The notes under the pieces were generated by a model, which was given only the letters and a program-made list of their open reading frames with translations, did not search any database and was not told the DNA's origin. A program made the translations under genes and the position numbers. A stretch of 64,000 nt of DNA from the NCBI GenBank assembly GCA_050575255.1, contig JBNZDD010013676.1, positions 423,764 through 487,763 on the forward strand, in the 5' to 3' direction. This DNA is from Harriotta raleighana. Lineage: Eukaryota. This document shows positions 25,101 to 39,761 of the stretch, one piece after another. Position 1 is the stretch's first letter, and each line of letters opens with the position of its first letter.

Positions 25101-28100
25101 GGGAGAGAAAGGTGTAAAGCAAAAACGAGAAGCAAAACGAAGAGCAAGAGGCCTCCATTCCTGCTCAGTGTGCTCACACAGGGAACTAAAAAATGAGCAG
25201 GATTGAACAAGCAATGGCCTCGAGTCTATAGTACATGTACATTTGTACAGTTTTGCTTTATTTGAAGAAACCATAAAGCTAAATAAGGCTTTCTCCTAAT
25301 AAGTAAGATCTCAATGTCAGACTGGAGGTCTGCATTCACTGCTCACAGCTAGTGTTCTCTCGTTCTCCAGAATATGGGCTAATAAACTGGACTGAGATAA
25401 AAATAAAATAAAGAGGATAGAAGAAATATACATCCAGGGTTAGAAAGTTGACCCAAATATTACTAAGCCAGCTGCAATGTCCGGGAGTTATACATTACAT
25501 GCATTAAGATTAACCAATGGACTATTTGAACCACGGCTCAAACATTTCTCAAAGCACATTAAGGAAGGAACTATGTCTTGTGGAATCCATTGGCTGAGTG
25601 TACAAACCTTTTACCCATTTTTATGGTTTTGCCAATGTTGAGTGTTCCATGAGCCTAGAAGCTTGAGGTAGCTAGCTAACCCTCTATAACCTTCTCAACG
25701 TTGCTTATTGCCTGCCCACATTCAAATGTAGCTAACCCGCAGGGAAACTTGGGACAAAATTCATGGGCAGCATTGTATTTGGTTTTCCCACAAGTCAAGA
25801 TAATCTCTTCTTCCCCCCCACCCCTCACCAATGCATGCTTCACTTAAAAAAAATGCAAAAACCCGATTGCTGCTAACAGAATAAAATGTGCTCAAAAAAT
25901 CATGCATCTCTGCCGCTCCAGTACTTTGAGCAATGGTCTCCCCAAAAGAGATGCATAACGGACAAGAACCTCTTAAATTAGATTTAATGAGAAACTTGAA
26001 ATTCGTAACTAGACCTAACTGCAAACCGATTACCAAGGCTGCAGATCATGTTGGCAAGAGTTACTTTAAGGTTACTCATTTAGACAGGAAAGCTTCCTCC
26101 AGACACCTAACCCATTTTTAAAAAATTCTTTCAGTCAACGAGTCTAACAGATGGCATGCCCCTTTATTTTAAACTGAAGTGTGACATGGGAATACAACTA
26201 CTTCCCTGAGGCATACTGCTCAAATCTCTCATGCATTTATATTCTCTGGGTTTATTCAAGAAGCTTGCAGTACAAAATCTGTAATCTGCCCGGGAAAATA
26301 AAAAAGCAATAATGACAATAGTAGAATGATTGGCAAGCCTGGTTCATGCTAAAGAACACAAGAACAACCTCAAGTTAAATGTGAAGGTTAGGGAAGCAAA
26401 TTCTTATAAACCGGTGGATGCAACAAAGTCTATTGATCCCAGCTCATGGGATTATTAGCAACAATCTAATTCCAAACCACATATGAACTGTCCAACAGGT
26501 CAATCCTGGAGCCATAAGAGTCTGACGGCATACAACATTTTTTTGCCTCAATTTGTTAGTAATGTGTTTTGCCAACCCATCACCACGTTTAAGAGAATCC
26601 AAACCAATCTGAGAATTTCATGCATCCCACCTACACATTCCAAAAATAGATGGTTGGAATAAAACTCCTGAATATCTACATATTGAAGATATTGGTAGTA
26701 GTGAGCCAACAACAGCAAATCCATGATAATGGTACATTCCAATTAAAAACTTTCGGCAACTGTCAACAAAGTATAGAAGGAATTAAGTCCTTCCCACCAA
26801 CATTTTACAACTGTTCAGGATTTAAACCCTTATATGTTAAAAATGACATCCATAGTAAATAGGCACTTAGAAGCAGCAGGTACAATCAGTTAAAGGGTGG
26901 TATTGCCCCAGCTGTTTATGTTGCCTTTTAATTGGCTGCTCCATTAACATCCAGTGTTCCCCTTACATTCTAGTTGCTGTAGTAACCAGAATAGATATAA
27001 TTCATTAAAGCTGGCTGAATTTGAAAAGCTTAGTTTGATTCAACCTATTTGACTAGCAGAGTCGAATAGCTCTGCCAGAACTGGGGTTATCCCGTTTCAT
27101 ATAGTCTTTCGGACATTTCTATGCACAATTGGTTACCATGTTTCAACCACAAAATATGCAGTCAATTCACTTTATAGTATATTTATTCTGAGAGATGTCT
27201 CAAGCGTGATCAGACGCTATATCAAATGCAAGGATTATTTTAACTTAACTGTTGAGATAAGAAAAATATAATTTTTATGTTTTGATGTTCAAAAAGGAAT
27301 GGAGTATATGTGCATCTCCATTTTTCTTTTTGTTGGAACTGGCATTCAGTGTTCAAGGAATCATGGTATCTCTAGTTAAAAAAACAAAGACCCTTTATTG
27401 GGAAACACTAAGGGTGTATGCTTCTGATTACTCATTTGCATTAAGTTGCCATCTGCAACAGTCCAATCACAATTTAAAATGTTAACTCTGTTTACCAGCA
27501 ATCCAGACATTTCAGAAATCACCAACAAACATATCCAAATCATTTTTTTGTTAATCGTTACTTTTTTTGTTAGGGATACGAAAGATCGGATAAGTGGTAT
27601 TTGCAAGATCTTATTGGAGGGAACGCACTATATTCTTCAGGAGACAACAGGAATTTATTTATGCAATTTGACCACCCTATTGCCATTTTAATCAGCTGGT
27701 GTTCCTCATTCTATTGCATACAGAAGAACATTCTTTGTTCTCTGACTCAAGGAAGAAGCACTGAGGCAAAGCATAATGAAAGAATTCAACACAAAGTAAC
27801 TTGTTTACAGAAACAGCATCTGTAAAGAGACCGTGGAACTGAAGTTGATCCTTGTGGCTCTAGAGACAAAGGAGGATAGCCACTGATTCTATTTCCAATT
27901 CAGTGTCAGGCAGTGCTAACATCTGAAATGGCATCAAATGCTAATGCCATCAATGATCAGTGAAAGGAAACTACTGTATCAATTCTGTTGTCTTAAGTCA
28001 TTTTAATGACTTTTCAGTGCTAATTAGAACGAGAAAAAGAGCCAACTAATCTGCTTGCTTTGATAAGAGGTTGAAAATCTGATGGGACCAGAAAACTTCC

Positions 28101-28819
28101 TGGCTTTCGGAGTTGCTATAGAGTGGTTTATCTCATATGGTCAAATTTGCAGACAGAATGGTCCCAAACATTCATAAAACACCCTATGACCCCATCCAAT
28201 CTTGCACAATAGCTTTCCATCATCAGTGAAAAGCTGATAGCTAACAAATCAAATTCTAGATTGAATCTAGGGCTTCTACATTTTGGTACTAACTGATCAA
28301 AAAAAGCTAAAACATCCCAATACAAAAATTGAAATCCAATAAATGCTTACTCAATTCCGAAGTGAGATTTTCTCACTCTCATTTGGTGTGACAACTGCGT
28401 ATGTGTCGCTCTCCACCTCTCTCTCCTCTGTGTGCACAGGTGCATCTGGTGAAATGATTGATGAGAGGAAAGCACTGTGCACGTGTGAAGATGTCTCTCT
28501 ACCCTTCATTCGTGCAGGCTCATCTCATTACAGTAACAAAAGCCCCCAAAACAGCGATTTATAAACACTCTAAAATTACTAAAAAAAAACTTTAAAAAAA
28601 TATATAGATGCCCCTATTATATCACATCTTTCTACTAATCAATACCCATAGCAATGACAATTCAACACAAACTGCTGACCATACATTCAGCATTAATCAC
28701 TTAAGCATATTGAGGCATCCTCCGTGCATGAAAGGTGCTTCAGAAATGTAATTTGTATGATGCTTAGAACTAACGTGCCACATATTCAAATGATTAGAAT
28801 CAACAAATTGAAGATATAC

Positions 28820-28884
28820 CTTAAAATTATATTAAAAACACATTTAGCTTTACTTTGTAATAAGTGAAGCTTGCTTCAATGCAA
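28820..28884 (-). other. GNB1: Candidate GNB1 non-coding 5'UTR exon 2 (65 nt)
   Basis: Acceptor tcctgtttcttttcag and donor AAG/gtatat; mammalian GNB1 has a short non-coding exon 2. Not supported by transcript data. Confidence 0.45.
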
Positions 28885-31800
28885 CTGAAAAGAAACAGGA
28901 ACCAAATCTGGGTGTGCCCTGCCAAGATCAAGAGACAACAGTAACTGTTTGAAAATCTAAGTTAAATGAAGCACTCAGCTAAACCGAGCCCTTGTAAGAT
29001 GCCCTGCCATTGTTGAAACTGTTTTTAAACAAGGACAACAGGTTCACGCTGTTACTAATGCAAGGTTTTCTAAAACTTATTCAGGTAAGAATTCACAAGA
29101 ATCCAATTACACACATTACAGAAATTCAGCCAAAATAAATCTAAATCGGGTTTAGAAGTCACATCGGTTGTGGAAAAGGTGGTAATTACCTTTCCAGATC
29201 ACTTTACTGAAGTTTTAAGAAATCAAAGTCAAGTTATTTTTCTTTTTGTACATCGTTAAGGAAGCCACACCTAACAACACATCTTGGATGAGACATCAAT
29301 TTACATTGAAAAAAAAGCTGCAAAAACAACTTTGATTAAATACTTCCCCCTAAACCAATGCGCAGCCCATTCTTCAAAAACAAAGAAAAATTAACATTTT
29401 ACGCATGAAAAATGTATCTTAGAAATACTGCAGAAACCCCCTTGGAAGTCTCCTGAAGCCTCCTGGAGGATTTTACTAGCTTCATTTCCTTGCACCATAA
29501 TTCCTTCATTAATTAAAAGCTTATCATGCACCTGCTCTTTCAATTGATATATTAACATAGTTTCGAACAACAACAAATTACATTTCTGTAGCATCTTTCA
29601 AGTCAGGAGGATACTCCAGGTCACTGAAAGCAAACTTACACAATATTCTCCATGCAAATGAATGTAGAGAAGTCAAGGTACAGCGCTGTAAAAATGGTTA
29701 ACAAACAAAATTCAGCTTCACGAATGCACGACAACACAATTAAAAAATGATCATAGGCCTCATTTTACAGGATGTCCCTGAAAAGTGGAACAATCAGACC
29801 CTAGCAGCATCCTCAGGATGCTCAACCCTTTCTTTTACTTACAAGAAATATACCAATTATCTGCTTTCTTCTTGTTCACGAGGAGCAAAATGAGCCAAAA
29901 GTTCAACTTGTCCATGACCTATAGTTCTGATTTTTTATGGGTCTTATTCAACACCTAAACTCTCCATTTCATTAGGGAAATGTAAAATGGCTAGTTTAAT
30001 GACCAAATATCACCAAAAATCAAAAATTAGCATACATCATTTATAGCAAATAAGATTGCTAGTAATTTCCTAGTATTTTCCTAGAACTTTCCTCACAAGA
30101 AGAAAAACTTAGAAAATCATACATATACTAAGTATTTGGCTTTTAAATGCAACAAATACAGAGGTATTCCGCACTGGTATGCTACAAAAATGCATCGCGG
30201 GATCTATTAATAATTCATATTCAATAGGGAAACACCAGGTTGAATGTTTTGTTTCTTCTGCACTAGATATCAACAAGTGTGACACTGCCGTTTATATTTT
30301 GGTCAATGTTCAGTTTGGGGCATGGGAGGGATAGTATGGAAGAGAAAATGTAGGAAATTAAACCCCCAATTTATGCTGAAAAACATCTTTACCCCCACCC
30401 TGAAAGAAACAAGGGAGATTCTAAAGGTTGGGCCCACCCCCGCCCCCCACCACACACACACATGCACACAAGTCACCACCTTCAGGAAAGTGGTTGTAAA
30501 GGGTGGAAGCTAGTTGAGGGTGAGGCAGAAAGAGGAAAAAAATGTACTCGTTTCAAAAACAGTCAAAAAGGTTTCGGTTATGGGGACAAATAACTTCAAG
30601 TTTATCAGCAGTAATGGTGATAAATCAATCTGTCGGGCTAACTAATAATAATCCTTGCTTTTTACGTCCACAGGTTATAATTAACCTATATAGTCAAGAT
30701 TTGCACAGAGTGGAATGACACCAAAAATGAAGTACACAGACACCGTTCATGATAAATCAGTAGTTGGCATGAACTGGAAACCAACCTAGATTCATCGTGG
30801 GAGATTTCACAACCATACTTAACTAATAGACTTATTACGTCAAGAAGAATCCTAGAAAAATGCATTAANAGTCTATTAACTAATAGACTTATTACGTCAA
30901 GAAGAATCCTAGAAAAATGCATTAAAAACCATTTGTCTGCAGCAAGCTATCATTGTAGTAGAGAACAAGAATTGTTTGACAATATCACCAGCCCACTTGG
31001 CAAATGCTTTGGTTCAAACTATGGATTTATAATAGAGAAATACTGGGGCCCAAAGCAAACTAAATTTTAGAGCATGGTCCAGATTTAACTTTGGGGCTGA
31101 CATTAACTTTGAAACATTAAATTACTTGAAAGTTAACTTGAATTAACTTTCAAGTAACATATTCAATGCTTGTACATCTCAGATGAGCTATTATTTAATA
31201 GAAGATGTGTGACACATGCATTCACAATTTAATTTACTGGAATCTATCACAGTCTGAATTGCAAGCCGAGCAACCCATCAATGCATTAGTGGTACACTGC
31301 ATAAATAGATTTAAAATCCGTTTAAATAATGGGATACAGACAGCTAGCTTGGACCTGGGTCATCCATTTCCTGCCTGTGGGGAAAGGTAGTGTTGCTGAT
31401 AATAGCTTGCCTGGTCCCACTGGAAGGATTGCACTCACAAGTGCAACCAACCACCTTCTTGATTCAGACACAAAAATATCCCCCATGGCACAGAGGCCCA
31501 AAGAAAAAATAAGTGCCACTACACGCAACAATTTTTTCCTCAATATGCTTCTTTCATTTATTTTCAGATAATATTGAGATGTACTGATTAAGGATAACAA
31601 TTTTGCCAGTAAGCATGGCGATTTACTGTAATGGTGACTTCTAAAACAGGATCAGTTTGAAACTATCTTTTCAAATGATATCCATGTAATCTGGATTAAG
31701 ATCTGAAAAGCCGGCTTGCTGCAGAATTAGGTATATATTTTACTAAGTCTTTAAAAAGCAGCATATGGTATCCAGTAACAAAAGCTGCTGCATATTGTTA

Positions 31801-33809
31801 GCCAAACATATTTTCCTGTGTTTCTGCCCTAAATAAGACATCAAATGCAGCAACAACAACATTATATTTATATAGCGCCTTTCACGTCAGCAAGGCTCTG
31901 GACAGGTTACTGCTTCAGACAGTTAATGCAATGCAGTACAGAAATTAATAAGTAAAATTTATAAATAATTTCCCTCCAACATTTAATATCAAAATTGGAA
32001 CACAATTAGAGAATAACAAAAAAACTCTTGGAAATAATTTTTGATACTGCTAAACAAAATCTATTATCACTTGTGCACAAAAACAACCGGATCACATCCA
32101 CATCAATTCTCATTGAGACAGAAAATTATCTAGGACAGGCAGCAGAAAAGGCCAAACAGAATTGATTTAAAAATCACACCACAAAAGAACTTTAGCAGTT
32201 AGATTTTGACTTCCTCTACATGATATTGCAACAAAATCTTTTTTGGTGAAGTAACCAAAAATACACATATGATAACAAATCTAGAATATTGGATACATTT
32301 CAGAGCTTGGGATGTGAAGGCACTATACAAATGTAATTTGTTTGTGTTGATTTCAACAATAACATAGCACATTAGATATACAACTCTAAAAAAAAATTGC
32401 CCCCCAAAATGTACCGACAGCCTCACCAAGAAGTCTTTTAGATGTAACCTGTATATTGTACCCGCACTTAGTACTGTAACAAGGACTTCAGCAGACAAAT
32501 GGTAGATATAAAATATACAATGCACATAGGTGGAAAATACATATAGTATATAGTTGGAGGCAGTTAAATCCTCTCATTAATGCCTTGAATTTTTGGTTGA
32601 AAATCAGTTGCAAATAAGTAAAAAGAACACAAAATGGCTTTATTATGAGTTTTCCTCACTAAGTTGACCTTACTCAGGTGTTCACAAGTTAGGTCTATAT
32701 TTATAGATGTTTTCAAATAATGCCTTGAGTTTTTCAAACCATATAACTAATGGCACTGAGTGAAGACAGGTCTCTGAATAGGTGATTTCTGAGGGATCTA
32801 GCACATTTTTAAACCATCTGAACTTTTGCATTCTGTGTTTATTAGAACTCAGTATGCTATGCCCTTGAACATCCAGTTATGTTTCTTGCTACAACTGAAG
32901 CAATACTATGGATTTTCTGATAAACTAGTCAACTAATTCATATTTAGTATCCGCTAGTTTTGAAGCTGCAGAAAATATTAAATCAGAGTTCAAAAGCAAG
33001 TCTGATTTGACAAAGCAATAAGCAAAATTCCTCGCACATAGTTTGGAATACATGTTATAATAATAAATGTTGTATTGATAGAGCTATATATGTCTTCTAG
33101 ACATCTCAAGAAATCTAGCAGACGTATTTTGTGGGCGAAACACGGCAGCCAATTGTGCAAAGCAGTATCTCACAAACAGTCGTGGATTGAAATGACCAAT
33201 TTTTTTGGAAGGATTATCATCAGGCATGTAAAGCAAGGAAACTTGCCCAATGTTGACAATGAAACTTCCAATAAGATATTGGGATATAACAGCAAAATAA
33301 AGTGTAACTTCCTTAACGTTACATGAAAATTGATAAAATCGCAGAGATTCTAATTGTTTACATTGATACCAAACAATTTACAGAGGCTAATGTACAGAAA
33401 ATCTCAACAATCAAATAAGACACTTAAACGCAGAAGCAGGGCAACCTTCACAACTTAAGACGCTATTTAAGTGCTCAAATAACTTTTCCAAGCAGTCACC
33501 AACACACATTGAATTAAAAATGTGTTTGAAATATATTTAGTTTCCCTGATACTTCATAGTGTTTAAATGCACTGTATAATATGCAATCGAGTCATAGAAT
33601 ATGAATTTGTGACTCGGTATATAACCCCTGGGTTAAGAAAGAGGTAATTATCAGCCACACGTACTTAATTTATGTAATCTCTACTGGAAAGGATCGGTAT
33701 GTACAAATTGAAGACAGGATTGGGTATCTGTGATGTCCCCATGTTGTCTAAATAATAAGAGTTTTAAAGGATTTGTAAATAGTAAATTTCACCCTTCCCG
33801 ATTCATTCA

Positions 33810-34575
33810 CATTTTTGACACTGGATGTATACACACTCCATCGCACTAAGCCAGTCCGGAAACTTGGTGTCTTATTCAACCTTCAACTATTCTTTTTACC
33901 TCACAACTGTGCCATGACCTGCTCTGCCTTCCCTCACCTCCACCCGGCTCCACCACTGTCTCATCCCACTGGCCACCAAAACATTTACACATGCATTTAT
34001 AACATCCAGACTTGACTATGCAAACTCTTTGCTTGTCGACCTCCCAACTCTTCCCTTCACAGACTGCAGGCCATCCGGAACCCTGCAGCTATGGTCCCCT
34101 CTGGCAGTAGGCTCTGTGACCCTATCACTCAACCCTCACCTGATTCGACTGGCTTCCCTCACACAGAGGATATAGTTCAAGATTCTAGTCCTCACCTTCA
34201 AAGCCCTCTATGGCCTTATTCCATCTACCTTTGGGATCTCCTAACCCTCTACCAATCTTTCTGCTCCCTCTGCTAAACAGGCTCCAGCTTGCTTCACATC
34301 TACCACCTCACCCGCTCCACCATTGGTTCAGCATCAGCCATTATGCTCCCACCCACTAGAACTCCATCCCACAATCCCTCTGCTTCACTCCATCCCTTGC
34401 CTCCTTTTAAGACCCACCTCATGGCCCTCATCTTCAACCAAGCTTTCGATCAACCTTCTTTGCCCCCCTGCCCTCTACCCTCCCCAATCGTGACCCCCCA
34501 CAGCTCGGGTACGAAAAACTGTATGTCCAGTGCCTTGGGATGTTCTCCTGACAGAAAAGGCGCTATACAAATGTA
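33810..34575 (+). mobile_element. L2 LINE 3' fragment
   Basis: VRKLGVLF..QL.F.PH remnants through to the L2 tail. Confidence 0.8.
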
Positions 34576-35109
34576 ATAATAATAATCCTTCCATTTGATA
34601 TAGCGCTTTTCTCGGCTTCTAAATGTCTCAAAGTGCATTACAGAATAGACTGTAATGTGAACTGACTGTATATACGGGAGAAATGTGGCAGCCAATTGCA
34701 CACAGCAGTACCCCACAAATATACTCCATAATCACATTCTAATAACAATTCTCACATTTGGCACAGCGACTTATCACATCTCCGAGGCGCATCAAAAGCA
34801 CTTCACATGATACACGATAAAGTGTAGTGACTGTGTTTTGTGGACGGAAATAAATTTTGTTGTTGTTTATAACATTTTTAGCATTTAGAATGCAGCTTTG
34901 ATATATATGTGATTTATGTATGAGATTGGTGTCCAAGCTGAGTTCCAGATTTCCTCAAGCTATCCACAAATCCTGCTGGCGCTTATTGAACTGTACTGAG
35001 AATCTGTCAACATTTTCTTAAGATAGAGATTTTTTTTTGTAGGAGGGTGGGAAATGAGGAAATCTATGACTTACCTGAACATAAGAGCATTTATCAAGTT
35101 TTACTCACA

Positions 35110-35935
35110 ACACCTTGCAATTATATAGCTCCCTCCACGCAGGAAATGTCCTGGTGGGGTGACCGTAAGCATGATCGAAAAGGAAGGTCTTTAGGTGGAA
35201 TTTGAAAATAGAGGGAGGAGGTAAGGAAATGAGGGTGAGAATTCCAGAGTATTGGGGCTTGGTGGCTGAAGGCACCAAGGAGTTGAGGGACAAACTGGAG
35301 GCTGGAGCCAACCGAGCAGGTAGAATGGGTGGTAGAGTATAGGTTAAGCATCTTAGATAGGTAGGATATAAAGGTACAGTGTTTGAAAATGAGCAAGAGG
35401 ATCTTAAAATTGATCCATTCAGTAATTGGAAGCCAGTGGAACCTTACAAGCACTGGTGTGATGGGGGTAGAAAAGTGACAAAGGCATAGAAGTGTTTCGG
35501 GTGTGACGATTGTGTGGTACAGATGGAGGTGGGAAAAGGCGATTCTGGTCAGGAAAGTAATGTTGGACAAACGGAAAAATTAGGAATCACGCTGTACTCA
35601 TTATTTGCATGGCAAGACTGAGGGAGAGCTAAGGGAGGTTGAGGTGTTCAGAACCACAGGAGAGGCGACACTGACTGTCAGAATATGGCTTCTGTCTCAC
35701 CAACATTCAACAGAATTTAGATGTCCGTCAAACAAGCTGACAGAATATCATCGGACTGGGTGTTGCAGCTGGGGAAGAAGTAGATTTGGGCATCATCAGC
35801 ATACATGTAGAATTTGACCCCATGTCTGCAGATGACATCGCCTAGCCTAGAGAGCATGTGGATAGGGAAAAGAAGGCCAAGGATTGAACCTTGGGTTACA
35901 ATTCAGGTGACCGCGCAGGGGCAGGAAGGAAAACA
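35110..35935 (-). mobile_element. Degenerate L2 LINE including the RT YADD motif
   Basis: Minus strand LGDVICRHGVKFYMYADDAQIYF near 35780-35845; ITPVLVRFHWLPITEWINFKILLL further 3'. Confidence 0.8.
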
Positions 35936-36674
35936 TAGCCAAAATGTATTGTTGGTGGTTTGTTAAGCAGGATTCCATTGTACAAGAGGGTAATATGTAA
36001 CCAAATCAATCCTATTCAGGTAAACAGCACTGAAAATAATACAGGGCGACCAAAAATACTTATTTTTCTTCTACCTTATTATCTAAATAAAATATCATAA
36101 TTTCTTTTAAGAAATATGAGACCGTGTAATGGTATCCAACTCTAGTCATCCTGCATTTGTTAAGCTTTATAGCTGCTAAAAAAAAAACTAGAAATGGTTA
36201 CATGGGTATGCTTTGTCAACAATGCAGTTCCGTTTATACTAACAAAATAAGCATTCATTGTATGAAGTACAGTAGCATTGTATTGCAGCTGGCACCGCAA
36301 TGACAGTGGAACACATTTTTCCAAGTTTTCATGACAAGATTCAAATCTTAAACCAAATAACATTTTTAGATAAAACTTTCAGAAAGCTTTCATCGGTATA
36401 GCCACATAAGATGTTCGCCAAGATGGGGACTGTATAGTTTCCATTCCATTTTTGGCAAGACAACATAGTAATAAAAGTAGTTTGCACTAAATCTTGGTAC
36501 ATCAAAAGTTCTGAATAAATTCCATATCTTACAAATTCCAACAGATTGAGACATTATCTAATACAGCCCATCTGTAATTTTTGATCATGTAACTTCTACT
36601 GGTAAATTACATACACAATGCCAAATTGCTAAATTAAACAAATCAGTACAAGTGTTGTGGGCCAAGCGTAGGAG

Positions 36675-36980
36675 GAATAATAATAATAATCCTTGCATTT
36701 GATAATGCTTTTCACGTCTTCTAGAAGTCTCAAAGCTCTTCACAGAATATACAATAAAGTGAACTGACCGTGTATTTTGGGGCAAAACACGGCATGCAAT
36801 TGCATAGGCAGCTTCCCCCAAACAATCGTGGATTGAAATGACCAATTCATTATTGTTTTTTTAAAAAGGGATTATATGGAGTAAGGAAAGTTGCCCAAGG
36901 TTTTTCCCTGGCTGAAATCAAACTCAAGTCTCATACTTGTAAGGCGAGTGCTCTAACCACTGAGCTAGAGGATTCCACAT
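36675..36980 (-). mobile_element. tRNA-derived SINE, short form
   Basis: Reverse complement of the family consensus, head to tail. Confidence 0.85.
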
Positions 36981-37085
36981 TGGTGGGGGAATGTTGTGGT
37001 GGAAGGATGGGGGATATAAGAAGAAATGTATTAAGTGAGGATTTGATTCTTTGTCAAACAAAATTCCAAATCCCATTCGGTTTAT

Positions 37086-37145
37086 TTTAGTTCACTCATT
37101 CTCTAAAAAAAGGCATTTAGTTCACTCATTCTCTAAAAAAAGGCA
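37086..37145. repeat. Perfect 30-bp tandem duplication
   Basis: tttagttcactcattctctaaaaaaaggca x2, with no N between the copies. Confidence 0.9.
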
Positions 37146-39761
37146 TATTTAGATTCTGGACATTGCAATCAACAATGACCAGAAACTAATTTCATCATAA
37201 CCATTTTTTATGGACAGTTTCCCTGCCGTTAGGAAATATCCCCATCATCACCAAAGAAAATGTCCAGCAACATGCAAACCATCATTATCTTTGAAAAACA
37301 ATTTGGTACGTCCGAACTTAGAAAAAAAGGCACTCCTTACTATTATGTGCCTTGAGATTATAGACATACAATTACTTGATATCAAATGGTAGAACACATT
37401 TGTAACTGCATTTCACCATAAGTAGCAATTGATGGATCTTTCGGAAAAAAAAGGTGGGGTGGGTGGGGTTGGGAAAAAGGGAAAGTAAATCAAGGTCACC
37501 TAGATCCAATCTGGTACATGTTCTACTGCATAATTACAGAGAACTGGCAATAGCCTGAAAATAGATACCTACACTTTTGTTTCATGAATAGCAAAGGGGG
37601 GAGGAAATGAACAAAAAAAGCCATTTGATCTTCAAAGGCAACAATGGGTATGGTTATTTGTGGCATAATTTATGACTTGTATAGGTTATAACTTGAACAA
37701 GTATGTTCAATACTAAAGATGGCAGAAATCTGGGTAACCATTTCTCATTTACCCACTAAGTGAATATATTAAAAGACAAAAAGCACACACCCAATGAGCA
37801 AGGGTTCAGTCAAAAATAGCTCAGATTATACAGGTACCTAACCTACTGTCTAATTCTCGAAATATACATCTAAATTTAACTTTTTTTTAAAAAGCAGCAT
37901 TACTTTGCAATATGCATCTATTTACCTAGGATATTGCCTGGTAAGATAAATAGCACTAGCACCCATTCATCATTAATATCAGGACTGCCTCAAGTACAGC
38001 ATGACCACACCTGTTAAATTTTCCAATAGCAGATGACATTAAAATTGACTTGAACAAACATTGTTTCGATTGAGACTATATTTCACATTATCCCCAAGTA
38101 TAAAGAACCAGCAGCACAATTTCCTAATTTACAATGGGCTATTTAATACATTACATGCACAAGATAATGTACAAAAGGAAAAAAAAGCAGATCAGGTCAA
38201 CACCCCACCCTGATTTCATTTCGTTTAAAAACAGATGGGCGAGATTACGGGGAGGGAGGGGGGAAGAGAGATGATTACCGAATAGCCTTAGTATGTTACT
38301 ATGGTTAATCAGTAATGATTTGTCTCCCTTGCCATCATTGTTAAAAAATAGTCAATACACTTCACCGGCAAAGCAAAAGAAATGCATAAAAGGCACAATA
38401 TTGAATCTATTGCGGCAAAACTTAAGTCTGGGCGAATTTTGTCTCCAACCCAACCCTGGAAATAAGGAGCAACCCCAAAAATACAATTATATGTATCAAA
38501 ATTGCCCCATAAATCATAAATATCACAACTAAAATATTTCACTGGTTTGCATCATCTACACACCCTTGCTGTTCAAAGCTCTCGAAGAACTCCGCAAATC
38601 CATCAAGCATTCCGCCCCCCACCCACCCAAGATTTAACACTCTTTCTTTAACCGTCAGTATTTGGAATAGATGGGATTGGAGGGGGGGGTGTGTGTGGAA
38701 TGGAAAGAGAAGAAAAATCAACGCCATGTTTGTGCAGATTGGGAGTGTGGGCCCAGATTGAGGAACCTCATTCATTATTACAGTATAAAGGGGGGAAAAG
38801 ACGAATCATCCTTTTCTTTCCCTTCCTTTTCCCACCACCGCTTCCATCTCCATGAGAAAAACAAGATTGCTGAACAATTCGACGACATTACCCCACCACC
38901 AAACCGCCAAATTACCTCCCAGATTAGGAAACGTTTTGATTTTTGTCTCTCTCCCTCTCTCTGCTGTTTCAAGACATCCTCAGCCAGTGTGTGGGTGAAA
39001 TGAAATGTGCCAACTTCCTTCCCCCTTTTCTTCCTCCGACATAAAGGGCGCCTGTTCCCTCCCCCTCCCTCCTCCCCTTTGTTCCAATACTTTCTTCTCA
39101 TATCATTTCGCCCACAAAATACACAAGGCAATCCGACTTCGCCGTATATCCCGCGAAGCGCCCCGAGACGCCTCCCAGCCACACGATAAGTGGCTATTCT
39201 CAAATTATTATTATTATTATCATCAAGGTAATCATTCATTTTCTGGCCTTCAAAAACCCTACTGGTGGTGGGTGGCGGGGGGGCATTACCCCCCCCCCCA
39301 TCCACCCACCCCCTCCCTTCCCCCCACCACCCCCCCTCATTTTCTTACTCCCTTCTTTCTTTCTCTCTCTCCTTACCAATGGCTTCCTCCTCCCCGCCAG
39401 TTGCATTGAATTCACACCGTTCCCTCGGGNCCCCTTTCCTTCTCTCCCCCTCCCTCCTCCCCTTTGTTCCAATACTTTCTTCTCATATCATTTCGCCCAC
39501 AAAATACACAAGGCAATCCGACTTCGCCGTATATCCCGCGAAGCGCCCCGAGACGCCTCCCAGCCACACGATAAGTGGCTATTCTCAAATTATTATTATT
39601 ATTATCATCAAGGTAATCATTCATTTTCTGGCCTTCAAAAACCCTACTGGTGGTGGGTGGCGGGGGGGCATTACCCCCCCCCCCATCCACCCACCCCCTC
39701 CCTTCCCCCCACCACCCCCCCTCATTTTCTTACTCCCTTCTTTCTTTCTCTCTCTCCTTAC

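Noticed and set aside
30819-30925. 50-bp direct repeat producing the repeated peptide in ORF 30686..30922
   Set aside because: Centred on the N at 30869; likely assembly overlap, not CRISPR-like or coding.
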